Notes: generated from the letters alone by a model not told the origin. A stretch of DNA of 64,000 nt from Bdellovibrionota bacterium (GCA_050950765.1 JBMNIF010000002.1:192001-256000), one strand, 5' to 3'; positions 30,393-42,021 are shown, counted from the first letter of the stretch. Program-made: numbers and translations.

Positions 30393-33140
30393 ATGACCTA
30401 CACAAAAACATTTCTCGGATGGGACGAACCGTGCTTAGAAAAAGCAGCTCAATTTTTAATCGAAAAATACAGTAACGATTCGAATTTTATCGACATGAGT
30501 ACAACCCTCGTCATCCTTCCCGGAAAACGATCGGGAAGACGCTTACAAGAGCTACTCACTTTTTTTGCAGATAAGGCAGACTTAGCCCTTATCCCCCCTG
30601 CTTTCACAACGATCGGATCATTATTAGAGATATTTTTTGTTCACGAGCAAAAGATAGCTCCAAAAATGACGAAACTACTAAGTTGGGTGAAAGCTCTCTT
30701 AACTTTTGAAAAAGAAGAGCTGCGCCCTATCTTACCCTTTCCACCTAAAGATGACGATATCTCGGGATGGTTAACAGTAGCAGAGCTATATAACAAGATC
30801 TATCAAGAGTTATCAGCGGCAGGGCTTTCATATCAAAGTGTGGTTAATAAGTTAAATGGATATGATGGATACAATGATGATGAAAGGTGGTCAGTTTTAG
30901 AAAAAGTTTGCCTAAGATATATAGATATCCTTAAACAACACGATCTCGTTGATGAATACACCTTACAAGGGGAATATCAAAAGCTACAACCATTAACACC
31001 ATCTCCGTATCAAGAGCTCTTTCTGGTGGCTGTTACTGATTTAAATACTGTTACAAAAGAGCTTTTAAAAGCTCTTCCTATTCCAATAAATATCTTAATC
31101 CACGCTCCACAAAGTTTAGCTGCAGGCTTTGATGATTTCGGCTCAATCAAACAGGAGTATTGGGAGAACTATCCGATTCAAATATCAGATCAAAAAATCA
31201 TTATCACTGATAAACCGGCGGATCAGGCTAAAATCATCACTGAATTATTAACAGACGTATCACCTGAAGATGCAACCATCGGAGTTATAAATCCGGAAAT
31301 CGAGCCCTATATTATCCAAACCTTACGGCAAAAGAAGATGCCTGCTAATACCGTTTCTGGAGTCGCTATAATATCAACACCCCCCGTAGCATTCTTAAAA
31401 AGTTGCAAAGAATACCTACAAAAAAATAGATTTAACGAACTTTCCAACTTAATACGACACTTAGATATTCAACTATTCTTATCTGCAAATGATACTTCCG
31501 AAAGTTACTTAGACTTAACAGCTTTAGATAATTATCAAGCTTCTCACTTACAAGGTTTCTTATCGAACAAACTTCCTGATAGTACTGATAAGGATCACGC
31601 TGCCACAAGCGCACAGAGAGAAAAAATCGATCAACTCCTCGCTCCCTTTAAGAAAGATCATTTACTACTGGCTGAGTGGTGCCCTTTAATCGCACACTTA
31701 ATTATTGATGTTTTTGGCAGCACCTCTTTTGATCAATCCTTGCCGGAAGATTCAATCATTATTCACGTCTGCACTGCTATCAAAGATACTTTAGATCAAT
31801 GCTCTTTTGCTCCGAAAGATCTACTAAAGCCGATCTCGGGCGCTAACGCAATTGATATCGTACTCCGTTTTTTAGAGAGTATGACGATTCCGATTGAAGG
31901 TGATACAACAGATCTAGAGATCTTAAGGTGGCTAGAAATCTTACTTGATGATGCACCGTTTCTCATTTTAAGTGGATTTAATGAAGTTTTTATCCCTGAG
32001 AGTTTAAACGCAGATCCGTTTCTTCCAAATACCTTACGTCAACTCTTGGGCTTAACAGATAACAAAAAACGGTATGCCCGAGATGCCTATACCCTTTCAG
32101 CTGCCTTATCAAATCGAGAGGTTTACTTTATTGTAGGCAAGCACTCCGCAAATAATGAACCTTATATGCCTAGTCGTTTATTATTCGCCACAGATAATCT
32201 CACCATAGCAAAACGAACCGCACGTTTTTATTCAGATACGCCAACTCTGCCATCTCAAACAGATTTTACACCTACACAAAATGATTCTCAGCTCTGGGCA
32301 CCACAACCTCCACAAGCTACAAATATTGTCCTCCCCGACACACTTAGTGTTTCAGCCTTTAAAAGTTATTTAACGTGTCCCTACCGCTTTTATCTTACCC
32401 ACATTCTTCATTTAAAAACGTTAGAAGATCGTTTTAGTGAATTAGACCCCGCTAACATCGGAACGATCTTACACCGTATTATGCAAATTTTTGCGATGTC
32501 GTCTGCAGCAAACTCCACCGATGAAAAAGAGATTGAAGAAAAATTACTCTCCATCTTTAACGACTACTGTCAGAAAAACTTCGCTACCTCTCCACTCCCT
32601 GCCGTACAGGTTCAACTGGAATTATTAAAAGCAAGGCTCGCTCCTTTTGCACGCCTACAAGCTGCACAGGCAAAAGATGGCTGGCAAATAAAATACTTTG
32701 AGAAAGACCTAGAAGCTGAACTAGATCTTGCAGATGGATCTTCAATCCGCATAAAAGCAAGGATCGATCGAATTGATCACAAACCACAGGATAACACTTG
32801 GCGTATTCTAGATTATAAAGCGGGAGATTCCGCAAAAAAACCTGAGAGCACTTTCCGTACAAGAGCGCAAGAATGGAGCGATCTACAATTACCGTTATAC
32901 AAATACATCGTCGAAAAAAATAACATCTGTCAAAATCCGCAATTAGGCTACATCTCACTCCCTGCAAAGCTTGAAGAGATCGGTTTTGACATACTTGATC
33001 CAAACAAAGTAGACCTTGATAGCGGCGTGCAAGAAGCACGTGAAATTGTAAAGAAGATTAAAGCTTTTGAATTCTGGCCACCTTCAGAGAAGGTTAATCC
33101 GCTCTATGATCCGTTTGCCGATCTTTGTAATGGATTTTAG
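30393..33140 (+). CDS. addB: AddB-like subunit with C-terminal PD-(D/E)XK nuclease
   Basis: LSVSAFKSYLTCPYRFY, ARIDRID, ILDYK, LQLPLY; directly upstream of the AddA-like helicase. Confidence 0.8.
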   Translation: MTYTKTFLGWDEPCLEKAAQFLIEKYSNDSNFIDMSTTLVILPGKRSGRRLQELLTFFADKADLALIPPAFTTIGSLLEIFFVHEQKIAPKMTKLLSWVKALLTFEKEELRPILPFPPKDDDISGWLTVAELYNKIYQELSAAGLSYQSVVNKLNGYDGYNDDERWSVLEKVCLRYIDILKQHDLVDEYTLQGEYQKLQPLTPSPYQELFLVAVTDLNTVTKELLKALPIPINILIHAPQSLAAGFDDFGSIKQEYWENYPIQISDQKIIITDKPADQAKIITELLTDVSPEDATIGVINPEIEPYIIQTLRQKKMPANTVSGVAIISTPPVAFLKSCKEYLQKNRFNELSNLIRHLDIQLFLSANDTSESYLDLTALDNYQASHLQGFLSNKLPDSTDKDHAATSAQREKIDQLLAPFKKDHLLLAEWCPLIAHLIIDVFGSTSFDQSLPEDSIIIHVCTAIKDTLDQCSFAPKDLLKPISGANAIDIVLRFLESMTIPIEGDTTDLEILRWLEILLDDAPFLILSGFNEVFIPESLNADPFLPNTLRQLLGLTDNKKRYARDAYTLSAALSNREVYFIVGKHSANNEPYMPSRLLFATDNLTIAKRTARFYSDTPTLPSQTDFTPTQNDSQLWAPQPPQATNIVLPDTLSVSAFKSYLTCPYRFYLTHILHLKTLEDRFSELDPANIGTILHRIMQIFAMSSAANSTDEKEIEEKLLSIFNDYCQKNFATSPLPAVQVQLELLKARLAPFARLQAAQAKDGWQIKYFEKDLEAELDLADGSSIRIKARIDRIDHKPQDNTWRILDYKAGDSAKKPESTFRTRAQEWSDLQLPLYKYIVEKNNICQNPQLGYISLPAKLEEIGFDILDPNKVDLDSGVQEAREIVKKIKAFEFWPPSEKVNPLYDPFADLCNGF

Positions 33141-33174
33141 TTTATGGCACCACCTAGCGAGGAGAATATTTCAG

Positions 33175-36100
33175 ATGAACGATAGTTTTCCAGCAACTCT
33201 TATCAAAGCCAGTGCAGGCACTGGTAAAACTTTTGAACTTTCAGGTCGTTTTATTGCGCTCCTAATTGCAGGTGAAAGTGCTGATAATATTTTGGCCACC
33301 ACCTTTACTAAAAAAGCTGCTGGAGAGATTAGAGAGCGTGTTTTTCAACGTCTGGCTGAAGCTGCTATCTCTGAAAAGGGTGCCGCCAAGCTCGCAGGAG
33401 AGCTCAAACGCACAATAAGCACGCCACGATCTCAAGAGATCTTAAAAGAGATGGTTCTTAAGCAGCACCGTTTGAATATTACTACCTTAGACGCTTTTTT
33501 TCATAAAATTGCGAGTAGCTTTGCACTGGAGCTGGGGCTAACTCCAACTTGGACCTTGCGAGATGCAGCTGCTGATAACGCTTTTTATGAAAGTGTCATT
33601 ACTAATCTCTGTGGTTCAGGACATCTTCAAGAATTAACCGCATTACTAAAAAACGAGTTTAATAATATCTCAAGTGTCTTTACAAATATCACCACTGCAG
33701 CGAGGAATCTTTACGATATTTTTAGACAAACAGAGCGAGAAGCTTGGCACTGGATTGAAACAGAAGAGGAACTTACGGAAAAAGAATTAAGTGTTGTTTA
33801 TAAAAAGCTATCTCAAGTGGAGCTACCAAAAACTGCAAAAGGTACAGAAGATCAGAGGTGGCGTAAAGCTATTGATAAAACCATAGAGAGTATTCAACGT
33901 AAAGATTGGCGTAATGTTATTGATGCAGGTATCGGAGGGAAAATTCTTACTGAAGAACCGTTTTACGGTACACCGATTCCAGATGAGATTGTAACTGCCT
34001 ATGAACCACTCTTACGCCATATTAAAGCCGTCACTCTTAATAAGTTAAAACAAAAAAATGAATCAACTTATAAATTATTAACTTTATTCAACGAAGAATA
34101 TGAAAAACTACATGCTTTAACTGATTCACTTAATTTTGATGATGTAAAATACAAATTACTACACGCAAAATTTAGAACAGATCTCGATCACATCTATTAT
34201 AGGTTGGATAGCCGCATTCGACACCTCTTACTAGATGAATTTCAAGACACCTCTTTCCCTCAATGGGGAATTATTGAACCGATTGCAGACGAAATATTAT
34301 CCCAGAGCGGAGAAGAGCGTTCTTTTTTCTGCGTTGGTGATGTAAAGCAAGCTATTTATGGTTGGCGTGGTGGAGTTTCAGCCATCTTTGATACCTTAGA
34401 AGAGAAATGGGAGGTTCTAAAGCAGCCTGAATCACGTCATAAAAGTCGCCGTTGTTCACAACCGATCCTTGATGTTGTTAATAAGGTTTTTGAAGCGCTT
34501 CAGCAGGTACCCGAGATAACTACACCGAAATATCCAGAGAGGCTAGAAGCTACTAAAAAGTGGCGAAAAGGTTTTGAGGGACACACCTCTGCTGTTAACA
34601 ACAATGAAGGGTTTGTTTCTTTTCAGATCTTACCAGAAGACTCTGATGAATCGTTGATTTACGAAACGGCTGTCAATTTAGCCTTAGAGATTAAACAGCG
34701 CCGCCCTGATTTCAAAATCGCTCTCTTAACAAGAACTAATCAATCAGTTGCAAAGATTATCAATCACTTCACGCAAAGGCAAAGTGAAGGAGGGCCGATA
34801 GCAAGTGAAGAAGGTGGTAATCCACTCACCGACTCCCCTGCCGTTAGAGCGTGTCTTGCCCTCCTGCATTTAATTGATCACCCCCATGATACACAAGCGG
34901 CTTTTCACGTTGCAGAGTCCCCGCTCGGCAAAGTTTTAAATTTTACTGATTGGCGATCTGCAAAAGTTGAGGAGTTGTGTAAAAATTTACGGCGTAAAAT
35001 TTCTCAACACGGGTTCGGACACTTTTTTATCGATCTCATCGAGAACTTAAAGGGGTTCTGTTGTGAACGTGATCTAAAGCGACTAACGCAGCTAGCTGAG
35101 ATCGGTCTTACTTTCCCTGAATGGTCAAATCCACGTCTGGAAGAGTTCGCTGATTTTGTAAGAGAGCAACGAGTTGAAGATGCTTCTTCAGCAGATATCA
35201 GAGTGATGACGATCCACGCCTCAAAAGGGTTAGAGTTTGATGCCGTAATTTTGCCGGAATTAAACGCCAACCTCTTCGGGAAACGCGATCCAGTTTTGAC
35301 GTTCTCTCCCAAACCGTCAGAGCCCCCAACTAGGGTTTCACATTCGGTAAGAGGATCAGAAACTTATTTAGATCCACGTCTTAAGGAGATGCGTAGATAC
35401 AATAACGACATCCTGCTTCAGGAAGCCTTAAGTGTTTTATACGTTGCCATGACAAGAGCAAAAAGTGAGCTCTATATGTTGAGTGAATATCTACCTGATA
35501 GATCGAGTGGTGACTCCCTCTCTTACGCTCTTATCTTAAAAAGAACCTTACTTGATAGTGGCTGTGATGAGTATCAACACGGAAAACAGTTAGAAACGTT
35601 ATCAGATCATAAAAAGCCAGCGCCCCTTTCGCAATTGCAGAAGGTAGCGAGTGTCACCATTCCCCAACATCGACGAGTCCCGCGCCTGCGCCGACGCAGC
35701 CCCTCTGAATTGGAAGGTGGCGACAAAACTCTCTTATCTGATCTTTTTTCATCTAACAGATACGCAGCAGAGCTTGGCACTATAACACACGCTCTTTTTG
35801 AGTTAGTAAATTGGATAGACGAAGGCTTACCAACAAGGTCTGAACTTCTAGAAAAAGCACATCTCCTTACACAGAAAACAGGCGATGAAGGTGTTATCAC
35901 GGAAGCGATTGAGATCTTTGAAAAAGCTCTTTCAAAGCCGAATATTGTAGATATCTTTCAGAAAAATCGGTATCAAGTAGAAGGATCTCACTTAGAACTC
36001 TTTAAAGAACAACGTTTCTCCATTTATGACAAAAATATCGTTCTTGCAGGGGCTTTTGATAGATTAGTGGCTGTCTCCGTTGGCAATAAAGTAGTAAAAG

Positions 36101-36291
36101 CAGAGATTATTGACTTTAAAACAGATAGAATTTTAGAGAACTCTCCGGAAGCATTACAGAAAAAAATAGATTTCTACCGTCCGCAACTCTTGGCATATCA
36201 ACGTGCTGCTGCTAAATTCTTAAGTTTGGAAGTGCAAGACATCTCTTTAAGTCTAGCCTTTGTCAGAAGCGGAGATGTTGTTGCTATATAA
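33175..36291 (+). CDS. addA: AddA/RecB-like UvrD helicase-nuclease
   Basis: ASAGTGKT, LDEFQDT, VGDVKQAIYGWRG, MTIHASKGLEF, YVAMTRAK, C-terminal IIDFKTD...QL..Y. Confidence 0.88.
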   Translation: MNDSFPATLIKASAGTGKTFELSGRFIALLIAGESADNILATTFTKKAAGEIRERVFQRLAEAAISEKGAAKLAGELKRTISTPRSQEILKEMVLKQHRLNITTLDAFFHKIASSFALELGLTPTWTLRDAAADNAFYESVITNLCGSGHLQELTALLKNEFNNISSVFTNITTAARNLYDIFRQTEREAWHWIETEEELTEKELSVVYKKLSQVELPKTAKGTEDQRWRKAIDKTIESIQRKDWRNVIDAGIGGKILTEEPFYGTPIPDEIVTAYEPLLRHIKAVTLNKLKQKNESTYKLLTLFNEEYEKLHALTDSLNFDDVKYKLLHAKFRTDLDHIYYRLDSRIRHLLLDEFQDTSFPQWGIIEPIADEILSQSGEERSFFCVGDVKQAIYGWRGGVSAIFDTLEEKWEVLKQPESRHKSRRCSQPILDVVNKVFEALQQVPEITTPKYPERLEATKKWRKGFEGHTSAVNNNEGFVSFQILPEDSDESLIYETAVNLALEIKQRRPDFKIALLTRTNQSVAKIINHFTQRQSEGGPIASEEGGNPLTDSPAVRACLALLHLIDHPHDTQAAFHVAESPLGKVLNFTDWRSAKVEELCKNLRRKISQHGFGHFFIDLIENLKGFCCERDLKRLTQLAEIGLTFPEWSNPRLEEFADFVREQRVEDASSADIRVMTIHASKGLEFDAVILPELNANLFGKRDPVLTFSPKPSEPPTRVSHSVRGSETYLDPRLKEMRRYNNDILLQEALSVLYVAMTRAKSELYMLSEYLPDRSSGDSLSYALILKRTLLDSGCDEYQHGKQLETLSDHKKPAPLSQLQKVASVTIPQHRRVPRLRRRSPSELEGGDKTLLSDLFSSNRYAAELGTITHALFELVNWIDEGLPTRSELLEKAHLLTQKTGDEGVITEAIEIFEKALSKPNIVDIFQKNRYQVEGSHLELFKEQRFSIYDKNIVLAGAFDRLVAVSVGNKVVKAEIIDFKTDRILENSPEALQKKIDFYRPQLLAYQRAAAKFLSLEVQDISLSLAFVRSGDVVAI

Positions 36292-36309
36292 TTTTACTTT
36301 AGTGATTTC

Positions 36310-36558
36310 ATGAAAGATACAGAAGTAACCGAAGATGATATTATCGTCATCCCCATTGAGAGACTTCAGGAAGATGTTCTTAATGGAATTATAGATGAAT
36401 TCGTTTTGCAAGAAGGAACTGACTACGGACAGGAAGAATACTCCCTCTTAGAAAAGAGAGAGCAGGTGCGTCGTCAGATCTTAGATGGTCGCGCACAGAT
36501 AGTTTTTAATCAGAAGACTGATTCATGCAGTATAATCCCTTCTGCAAATAGGAGATAA
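36310..36558 (+). CDS. YheU/UPF0270 family protein
   Basis: IIDEFVLQEGTDYG.E.SL.EK..QV..Q...G.A.IVF. Confidence 0.85.
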   Translation: MKDTEVTEDDIIVIPIERLQEDVLNGIIDEFVLQEGTDYGQEEYSLLEKREQVRRQILDGRAQIVFNQKTDSCSIIPSANRR

Positions 36559-36563
36559 GAGAC

Positions 36564-37520
36564 ATGATACTTGTAACAGGTGCAGCAGGTTTTATCGGAA
36601 GTAGCGTTGCAGCTGCGTTATTACAACGTGGCGCAGATGTGATCGGGATAGATAATTTTAATGATTATTACAGTCCGCTACGCAAGAGACACAACATCGC
36701 TCCCCTCTTAGACAACTCTCGCTTTTCCATGATTGAGATGGATTTTAGAGACCGTGAAAAGGTTAACACTCTTTTTACAAAACGTGAGATTGAATCCGTT
36801 ATCCACTTAGGAGCAATGGCGAACGTGCGACGCTCGGTTGAAGATCCCTTTAGTTACGTTGACACTAATATTATGGGAACAACGAACCTATTAGAAGCTG
36901 CCGCAAAAGCTCCTGTAAAACATTTCGTTTTTGCTTCAACCAGCTCTGTCTATGGCCGTCGTACAGCAGTGCCTTTTTATGAAAGTGATAATACTGATCT
37001 TCCTCTAGCGCCCTACCCTGCTTCTAAAAAAGCTTGCGAGTGTTTAGGACACGCCTATTTTAATATGCACCAATTAAACTTTACAGCCTTACGATTTTTT
37101 AATGTCTACGGTCCGAAAGGTAGGCCAGATATGATGCCTTATAAAGTTTTGCAAGCTATCCTCCGAGATGAAGAGATTACACTTTATGCTGCGGGCACTC
37201 TCTCCAGAGATTGGACATTTATTGATGATACAGTAGCTGGGGTTATAGCAGCACTAGATCATCCAGATGGCTTTCAGATCTATAATCTTGGTCGCGGTGA
37301 GCCTGTTATGATGACACAATTTGTTAAGCTAGCAGAGCAACTTCTTAATAAAAAAGCAAAGATAGTAGACACCCCCACCCCTATTAGTGAACCGTTAATT
37401 ACTTATGCTTGTGTAGATAAAGCGCATAAAGCGTTCAGCTATACTCCAAAGGTTTCTCTTCCGGAAGGTATGGCGAAATTTTTAGAGTGGTTTTCTGAAG
37501 AAGTCCTTCCTCTTTCTTAA
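36564..37520 (+). CDS. NAD-dependent epimerase/dehydratase (UDP-glucuronate 4-epimerase-like)
   Basis: TGAAGFIG, ASTSSVYG, YPASK, LRFFNVYGPKGRPDM. Confidence 0.9.
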   Translation: MILVTGAAGFIGSSVAAALLQRGADVIGIDNFNDYYSPLRKRHNIAPLLDNSRFSMIEMDFRDREKVNTLFTKREIESVIHLGAMANVRRSVEDPFSYVDTNIMGTTNLLEAAAKAPVKHFVFASTSSVYGRRTAVPFYESDNTDLPLAPYPASKKACECLGHAYFNMHQLNFTALRFFNVYGPKGRPDMMPYKVLQAILRDEEITLYAAGTLSRDWTFIDDTVAGVIAALDHPDGFQIYNLGRGEPVMMTQFVKLAEQLLNKKAKIVDTPTPISEPLITYACVDKAHKAFSYTPKVSLPEGMAKFLEWFSEEVLPLS

Positions 37521-37598
37521 AAAAGGACAATAAAAATTATCTTCTAATGCCTTCTCTCATTATAATGATAAAAATCCCCAAAAGATCTTACTTTTATT

Positions 37599-38648
37599 AT
37601 GTTAAATGAAGTTTTTTCTTATAATCTACCGCAAGACGTGATCGCACAGAGACCGTTACATCCGTATCATGCTGCTAAGATGATGGTTATCAACCGTCAG
37701 CAAAAAACGATCACTGACGAAACATTTTTTGATATTACAAAATATTTAAAGGCGGGAGATCTATTGATCCTCAACAACTCTCGGGTAATTCCTGCTAGAC
37801 TACTTGGTCGTGTTGAAAGCGGTGGTGGGGTAGAGTTGCTTTGCATTAAAAAGGTGACTCCTCTTAGTTTTCGTTGTTTAGCGAAACCGATGCGTAAATT
37901 ACAACTTGGTAGAGAGGTTTTTTTCAATAAAGGGTTAAAAGCAACTGTACAGGCACGACTTTCAGAATGTGAAGTATTGGTGGAGTTCTCTTCAGATACA
38001 GACACGGCTGAACTTATAAAAGAGGTTGGAATTATGCCGATTCCGCCGTATATCCGTTCCGGAAAAAGTGATGCTGAAGATTTTATAGATTATCAAACTT
38101 TTTTTGCGCAAGAAGAAGGTTCCGTAGCAGCACCAACGGCGGGGCTTCACTTTACCCCTGAGTTAATAAACAAGATCAAAGGTATCGGATGTACAGTATC
38201 GTTTATTACGTTACACGTTGGAACTGCCAGCTTTCTTCCAATAGAAACGGAAGACGGTAAAGATTTAAGACGACCAGGTGTGGAATCGTACCTTTTTTCT
38301 AAAAACATCTTAGAGAAGATAAACACTACCCGCACTCAAGGCGGATGCGTTGTTGCAGTAGGAACAACTACGGTTAGAGCTTTAGAGAGTATGGTGCAAG
38401 AAGTGCAAGACGGAGTAGATGTAGATACGGAAGATGGTAACCTGCACACAACAGAGATCTTTATTACACCTGGCTATTCCTATAAAGCCATCGACGCTTT
38501 AGTCACTAATTTTCACCAACCACGCACCACGCACCTTCTACTTGTAGAAGCCTTTATGGGAAAAGCACTTCTCTCCGAATCGTATACTTACGCCCTTACA
38601 CACGAATATCGTTTCCTAAGTTATGGTGATGGAATGTTAATTCTCTAG
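37599..38648 (+). CDS. queA: S-adenosylmethionine:tRNA ribosyltransferase-isomerase
   Basis: IAQRP, PIPPYI, GSVAAPTAGLHFT, VGTTTVRALES, TNFHQP, YRFLSYGDGMLI. Confidence 0.97.
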   Translation: MLNEVFSYNLPQDVIAQRPLHPYHAAKMMVINRQQKTITDETFFDITKYLKAGDLLILNNSRVIPARLLGRVESGGGVELLCIKKVTPLSFRCLAKPMRKLQLGREVFFNKGLKATVQARLSECEVLVEFSSDTDTAELIKEVGIMPIPPYIRSGKSDAEDFIDYQTFFAQEEGSVAAPTAGLHFTPELINKIKGIGCTVSFITLHVGTASFLPIETEDGKDLRRPGVESYLFSKNILEKINTTRTQGGCVVAVGTTTVRALESMVQEVQDGVDVDTEDGNLHTTEIFITPGYSYKAIDALVTNFHQPRTTHLLLVEAFMGKALLSESYTYALTHEYRFLSYGDGMLIL

Positions 38649-38845
38649 CCTCCTTTAAAAAGATACACCACCTTTTATAAGATCCCTCCTATTATTAACC
38701 TATTGATTCTACACATAAAAAACATCTTTTTAATTTTATAGGTGTCTTTAGTGAAGAAAGATCCTTTCCAAGAAGTCTAAGAGTTCATAAGAAGATCTTC
38801 ATGCAAGATTTTTATAACATGAACACTCTCTAATTGGAGGACACT

Positions 38846-41800
38846 ATGAAATTACCCCTCACCATTCTATTGGGTCTTTTAATAAGCACAAACACAGTTG
38901 TGCTAAACGATCACCTGCACAAAACACTTCAATCAATTACAACACTACTAAAGAGAGATCGAAGTGTTCTAATAAATAACACCTCTCCTACAACGAATCC
39001 GCAAGGAAGTGCCTCTGATAAAGGCGATCTCCCCCGTCAATTACCTCCAAAAGATGTGCCGTTAAAACCGTTCGATCCGATCTTGCGAGATCCAGCTATT
39101 CCTCCATTACCACCCGTACCACATATTGTCGTAAGCGATAAATTTAAACCTATTATCCCTCAAGATGTAGCTATCACTATTGATGTTATCGGTAACATAG
39201 CTACAACTACTTATGACATCACCTTTTTTAATCCTAACTATAAACAGCTGGAAGGCGAATTTATCATCCCATTATCAGAGAATCAGAACGTTTCTGCTCT
39301 AGCTTTAGATATTAACGGCAAGATGCGTGACGGTGTTGTCGTCGAAAAACAGAAGGCGCGTCAAACATTTGAAGCCATTGTAAATAGAAGAGTTGACCCC
39401 GCCTTAGCAGAAAAAACAGCAGGCAATCAATTTAAATTACGCATCTATCCATTTGCAGGAAACGGCACTCGACGTATTAAGGTCACCCTTGAAGAGCAAC
39501 TAAGAGTTAAAAACGGTGCCTTTTATTATGCACTGCCCTTAAACTTTAATCAGACTTTAAAATCTTTTTCGCTAAACGTTCAATCTTATGCTGCCGCACA
39601 ACCTCAAGTGACGACAGATCTAAAAGATTTTACCTTCACAAAGCAGAATCAGATCTTTCTAGCGCAATTTAGTGCTCAAAATTATCTATCCGCCAACAAT
39701 TTTTCATTCCTAGTTCCGAACTCTAAGGAGGAAACACTTTTCACCCATAGTGCAGGAGATACAACTTACTTTTACTCAAATATTGCAGCTCCTGTTTCAG
39801 AAAAAAATAAGGTTCTTCCCGCTAAAATTACAGTTTTCTGGGACTCTTCTCTTTCGGGATCAAAGAGAGATATTGCAGCAGAAAAAGCTTTATTAAAAGC
39901 CTATCTGGAAAGGATTAAAAACCTTAAAGTGGAGTTTATCACCTTTAATTTAGATATTATTCAGAAGAAAGAATTTGAGATCTCGGCAGGAGATCTCTCC
40001 GCTCTTGAAAAAGAGATCGATAGCATCGTTTATGATGGTGCAACAAAGTTTGATACTCTCGATATCGGCAGCACCTCTTCTGATGAGATATTGATCTTCA
40101 CAGACGGCATTAGCTCTTTCGGTGACAGTAAAATAGCACTTGGAGATGTTCCTATTTATACGATTAACTCATCTCCTGAGTTTGAACGTGGTCTGCTGCA
40201 AGGCACACCTCAAAAAAGCTTAGGAAGTTTTATTAATTTAACCACCTTAGATACAGCAGAAGCTCTACATAAACTTACTACTAAAAGTGTTAGAGTGTTA
40301 AGTTATGTTCATGACTCTAAAATCTCAGAAGTTTATCCACCTATCGGTACGGAAGTAACAGGGGTACTCTCCTTTGCTGGTCTTATGCACGGCTCAAGTG
40401 CAGAGCTAACCGTTAACTTCGGTTTTAATGATGATGAAATTATACGTAAGAAAACTATTAAAATTACTTCGGGCACAAATAACGCCGCAGTTGAAAGGCT
40501 TTGGGCTAAACAGAAGATCAATTTCTTAGAGCTCGATCCGAAAGTAAATAAAGATGAGATCTTAAAGCTCGGTCAGACCTACTCTATCGTAACAGCCGAG
40601 ACCTCTTTACTTGTACTTGAAAATGTTAGCGATTATGTCCAATATCAGATTACACCACCTGCTGAATTGTTGGATGAATATAACCGCTTACTCACTATAA
40701 AAAATAATAACCTAGCATCCACTCAACAATCAGCTTTAGAAGATGCTGTCAATCAAGCCAAGTTAGTTAAAGAATGGTGGGAGAAGGAATTCACCACTAT
40801 TCCTACAAAATCAAAGCCTTTTCAACCCTTAAAACCTTTAACAGGCACTCCTAACCTAAGAAACGATAGCGACGACGAGGCTATGCAGAGAGGCAGAGAA
40901 CAGATGCCGAGAGACGAAGGAGGAGCAAGAGCGAATTCAATGTCTATCCTACAAGAACGGCAAGATAATTCTAGAATGGAGATGACAAAAATGGCTGCAC
41001 CGCTGGACTTTGTTTCGGGTAATATGGCTGCACCTGCTGGAAACAACAAAGGAGATACTCCGTTAGCACGAGTAGCCTCTAACGCTACAATACAGATAAA
41101 AGGTTGGAATCCCGATACTCCATATCTAAAGATCTTAAGAAAATCATCAGATGCAGAGTTATATAAGGATTATTTAAAGTTGAAAAACGGCTTTGACGAT
41201 CAACCCTCTTTTTATTTTGATGTTAGCGATGAATTTATTCGTCGTAAGCAACCGAAAAACGCTCTCATTGTTATCTCAAACATAGCTGAAATGAAGCTCG
41301 ACAATGTTGAACTACTTCGAATTGCTGCTAATAAATTATTAGGCATGGGATACACCCAATACAGTGTAGAACTATTCAAAAAAATTCTTGAATTACGTGG
41401 AGAAGATCCTCAGTCTTACAGAGATTTAGCCTTAGCTTATCAGCAAAACGATCAAGCACAGGAAGCTCTTGAGATGTTTTACACAGTTCTTTCAAAACAA
41501 TGGACCCGTTTTAATAATATTAAGCAGGTCGTTTTTGTTGAGATGAATAGATTAATCGCTAAAAATCCGAAACTTAATTTAGAGAATATCGATCAAAGAG
41601 TGATCTTTGCGATGCCTGTGGATATCCGTATCTCACTAAGTTGGAGCACGGACAACACAGATATCGATCTGCACGTAAAAGATCCGTACGATGAGAACTG
41701 TTTCTATGGTCGTAGATTAACCACCATCGGTGGTCGTTATACCAACGATTTTACCGACGGTTTTGGACCGGAAGAGTTTATGCTGAAGAAAGCAGCTAAG

Positions 41801-41983
41801 GGTACCTATCAGATTAAAACCAACAACTTTGGAGACCGTCGTCAGAGCATCTCCGGACCAACTACACTTTATCTTGATATCTTCACCTATTACGGAACTG
41901 CAGAAGAAACCCATCAAAGGATCCTTGTGCGTACAGAAAACATTAAAGAAGATAATGTTATAGGAGAGATAAACTTTAATTAA
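38846..41983 (+). CDS. Large exported VIT-domain protein with vWA-like, TPR and YfaP/DUF2135-type C-terminus
   Basis: LEGEFIIPL...ALDINGKMRDGVVVEK.KAR..FE (VIT); WDSSLSG; RGEDPQSYRDLAL; LSWSTDNTDIDLHV.DP, DFTDGFGPEEF. Confidence 0.85.
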   Translation: MKLPLTILLGLLISTNTVVLNDHLHKTLQSITTLLKRDRSVLINNTSPTTNPQGSASDKGDLPRQLPPKDVPLKPFDPILRDPAIPPLPPVPHIVVSDKFKPIIPQDVAITIDVIGNIATTTYDITFFNPNYKQLEGEFIIPLSENQNVSALALDINGKMRDGVVVEKQKARQTFEAIVNRRVDPALAEKTAGNQFKLRIYPFAGNGTRRIKVTLEEQLRVKNGAFYYALPLNFNQTLKSFSLNVQSYAAAQPQVTTDLKDFTFTKQNQIFLAQFSAQNYLSANNFSFLVPNSKEETLFTHSAGDTTYFYSNIAAPVSEKNKVLPAKITVFWDSSLSGSKRDIAAEKALLKAYLERIKNLKVEFITFNLDIIQKKEFEISAGDLSALEKEIDSIVYDGATKFDTLDIGSTSSDEILIFTDGISSFGDSKIALGDVPIYTINSSPEFERGLLQGTPQKSLGSFINLTTLDTAEALHKLTTKSVRVLSYVHDSKISEVYPPIGTEVTGVLSFAGLMHGSSAELTVNFGFNDDEIIRKKTIKITSGTNNAAVERLWAKQKINFLELDPKVNKDEILKLGQTYSIVTAETSLLVLENVSDYVQYQITPPAELLDEYNRLLTIKNNNLASTQQSALEDAVNQAKLVKEWWEKEFTTIPTKSKPFQPLKPLTGTPNLRNDSDDEAMQRGREQMPRDEGGARANSMSILQERQDNSRMEMTKMAAPLDFVSGNMAAPAGNNKGDTPLARVASNATIQIKGWNPDTPYLKILRKSSDAELYKDYLKLKNGFDDQPSFYFDVSDEFIRRKQPKNALIVISNIAEMKLDNVELLRIAANKLLGMGYTQYSVELFKKILELRGEDPQSYRDLALAYQQNDQAQEALEMFYTVLSKQWTRFNNIKQVVFVEMNRLIAKNPKLNLENIDQRVIFAMPVDIRISLSWSTDNTDIDLHVKDPYDENCFYGRRLTTIGGRYTNDFTDGFGPEEFMLKKAAKGTYQIKTNNFGDRRQSISGPTTLYLDIFTYYGTAEETHQRILVRTENIKEDNVIGEINFN

Positions 41984-41994
41984 AGGAGATTATG

Positions 41995-42021
41995 GGCAGA
42001 GAAAATTTAATTTTCTCTGCC
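41995..42021. terminator. Hairpin between convergent VIT gene and fliR
   Basis: GGCAGAGAAAA-TTTAA-TTTTCTCTGCC followed by TTCTTT. Confidence 0.7.
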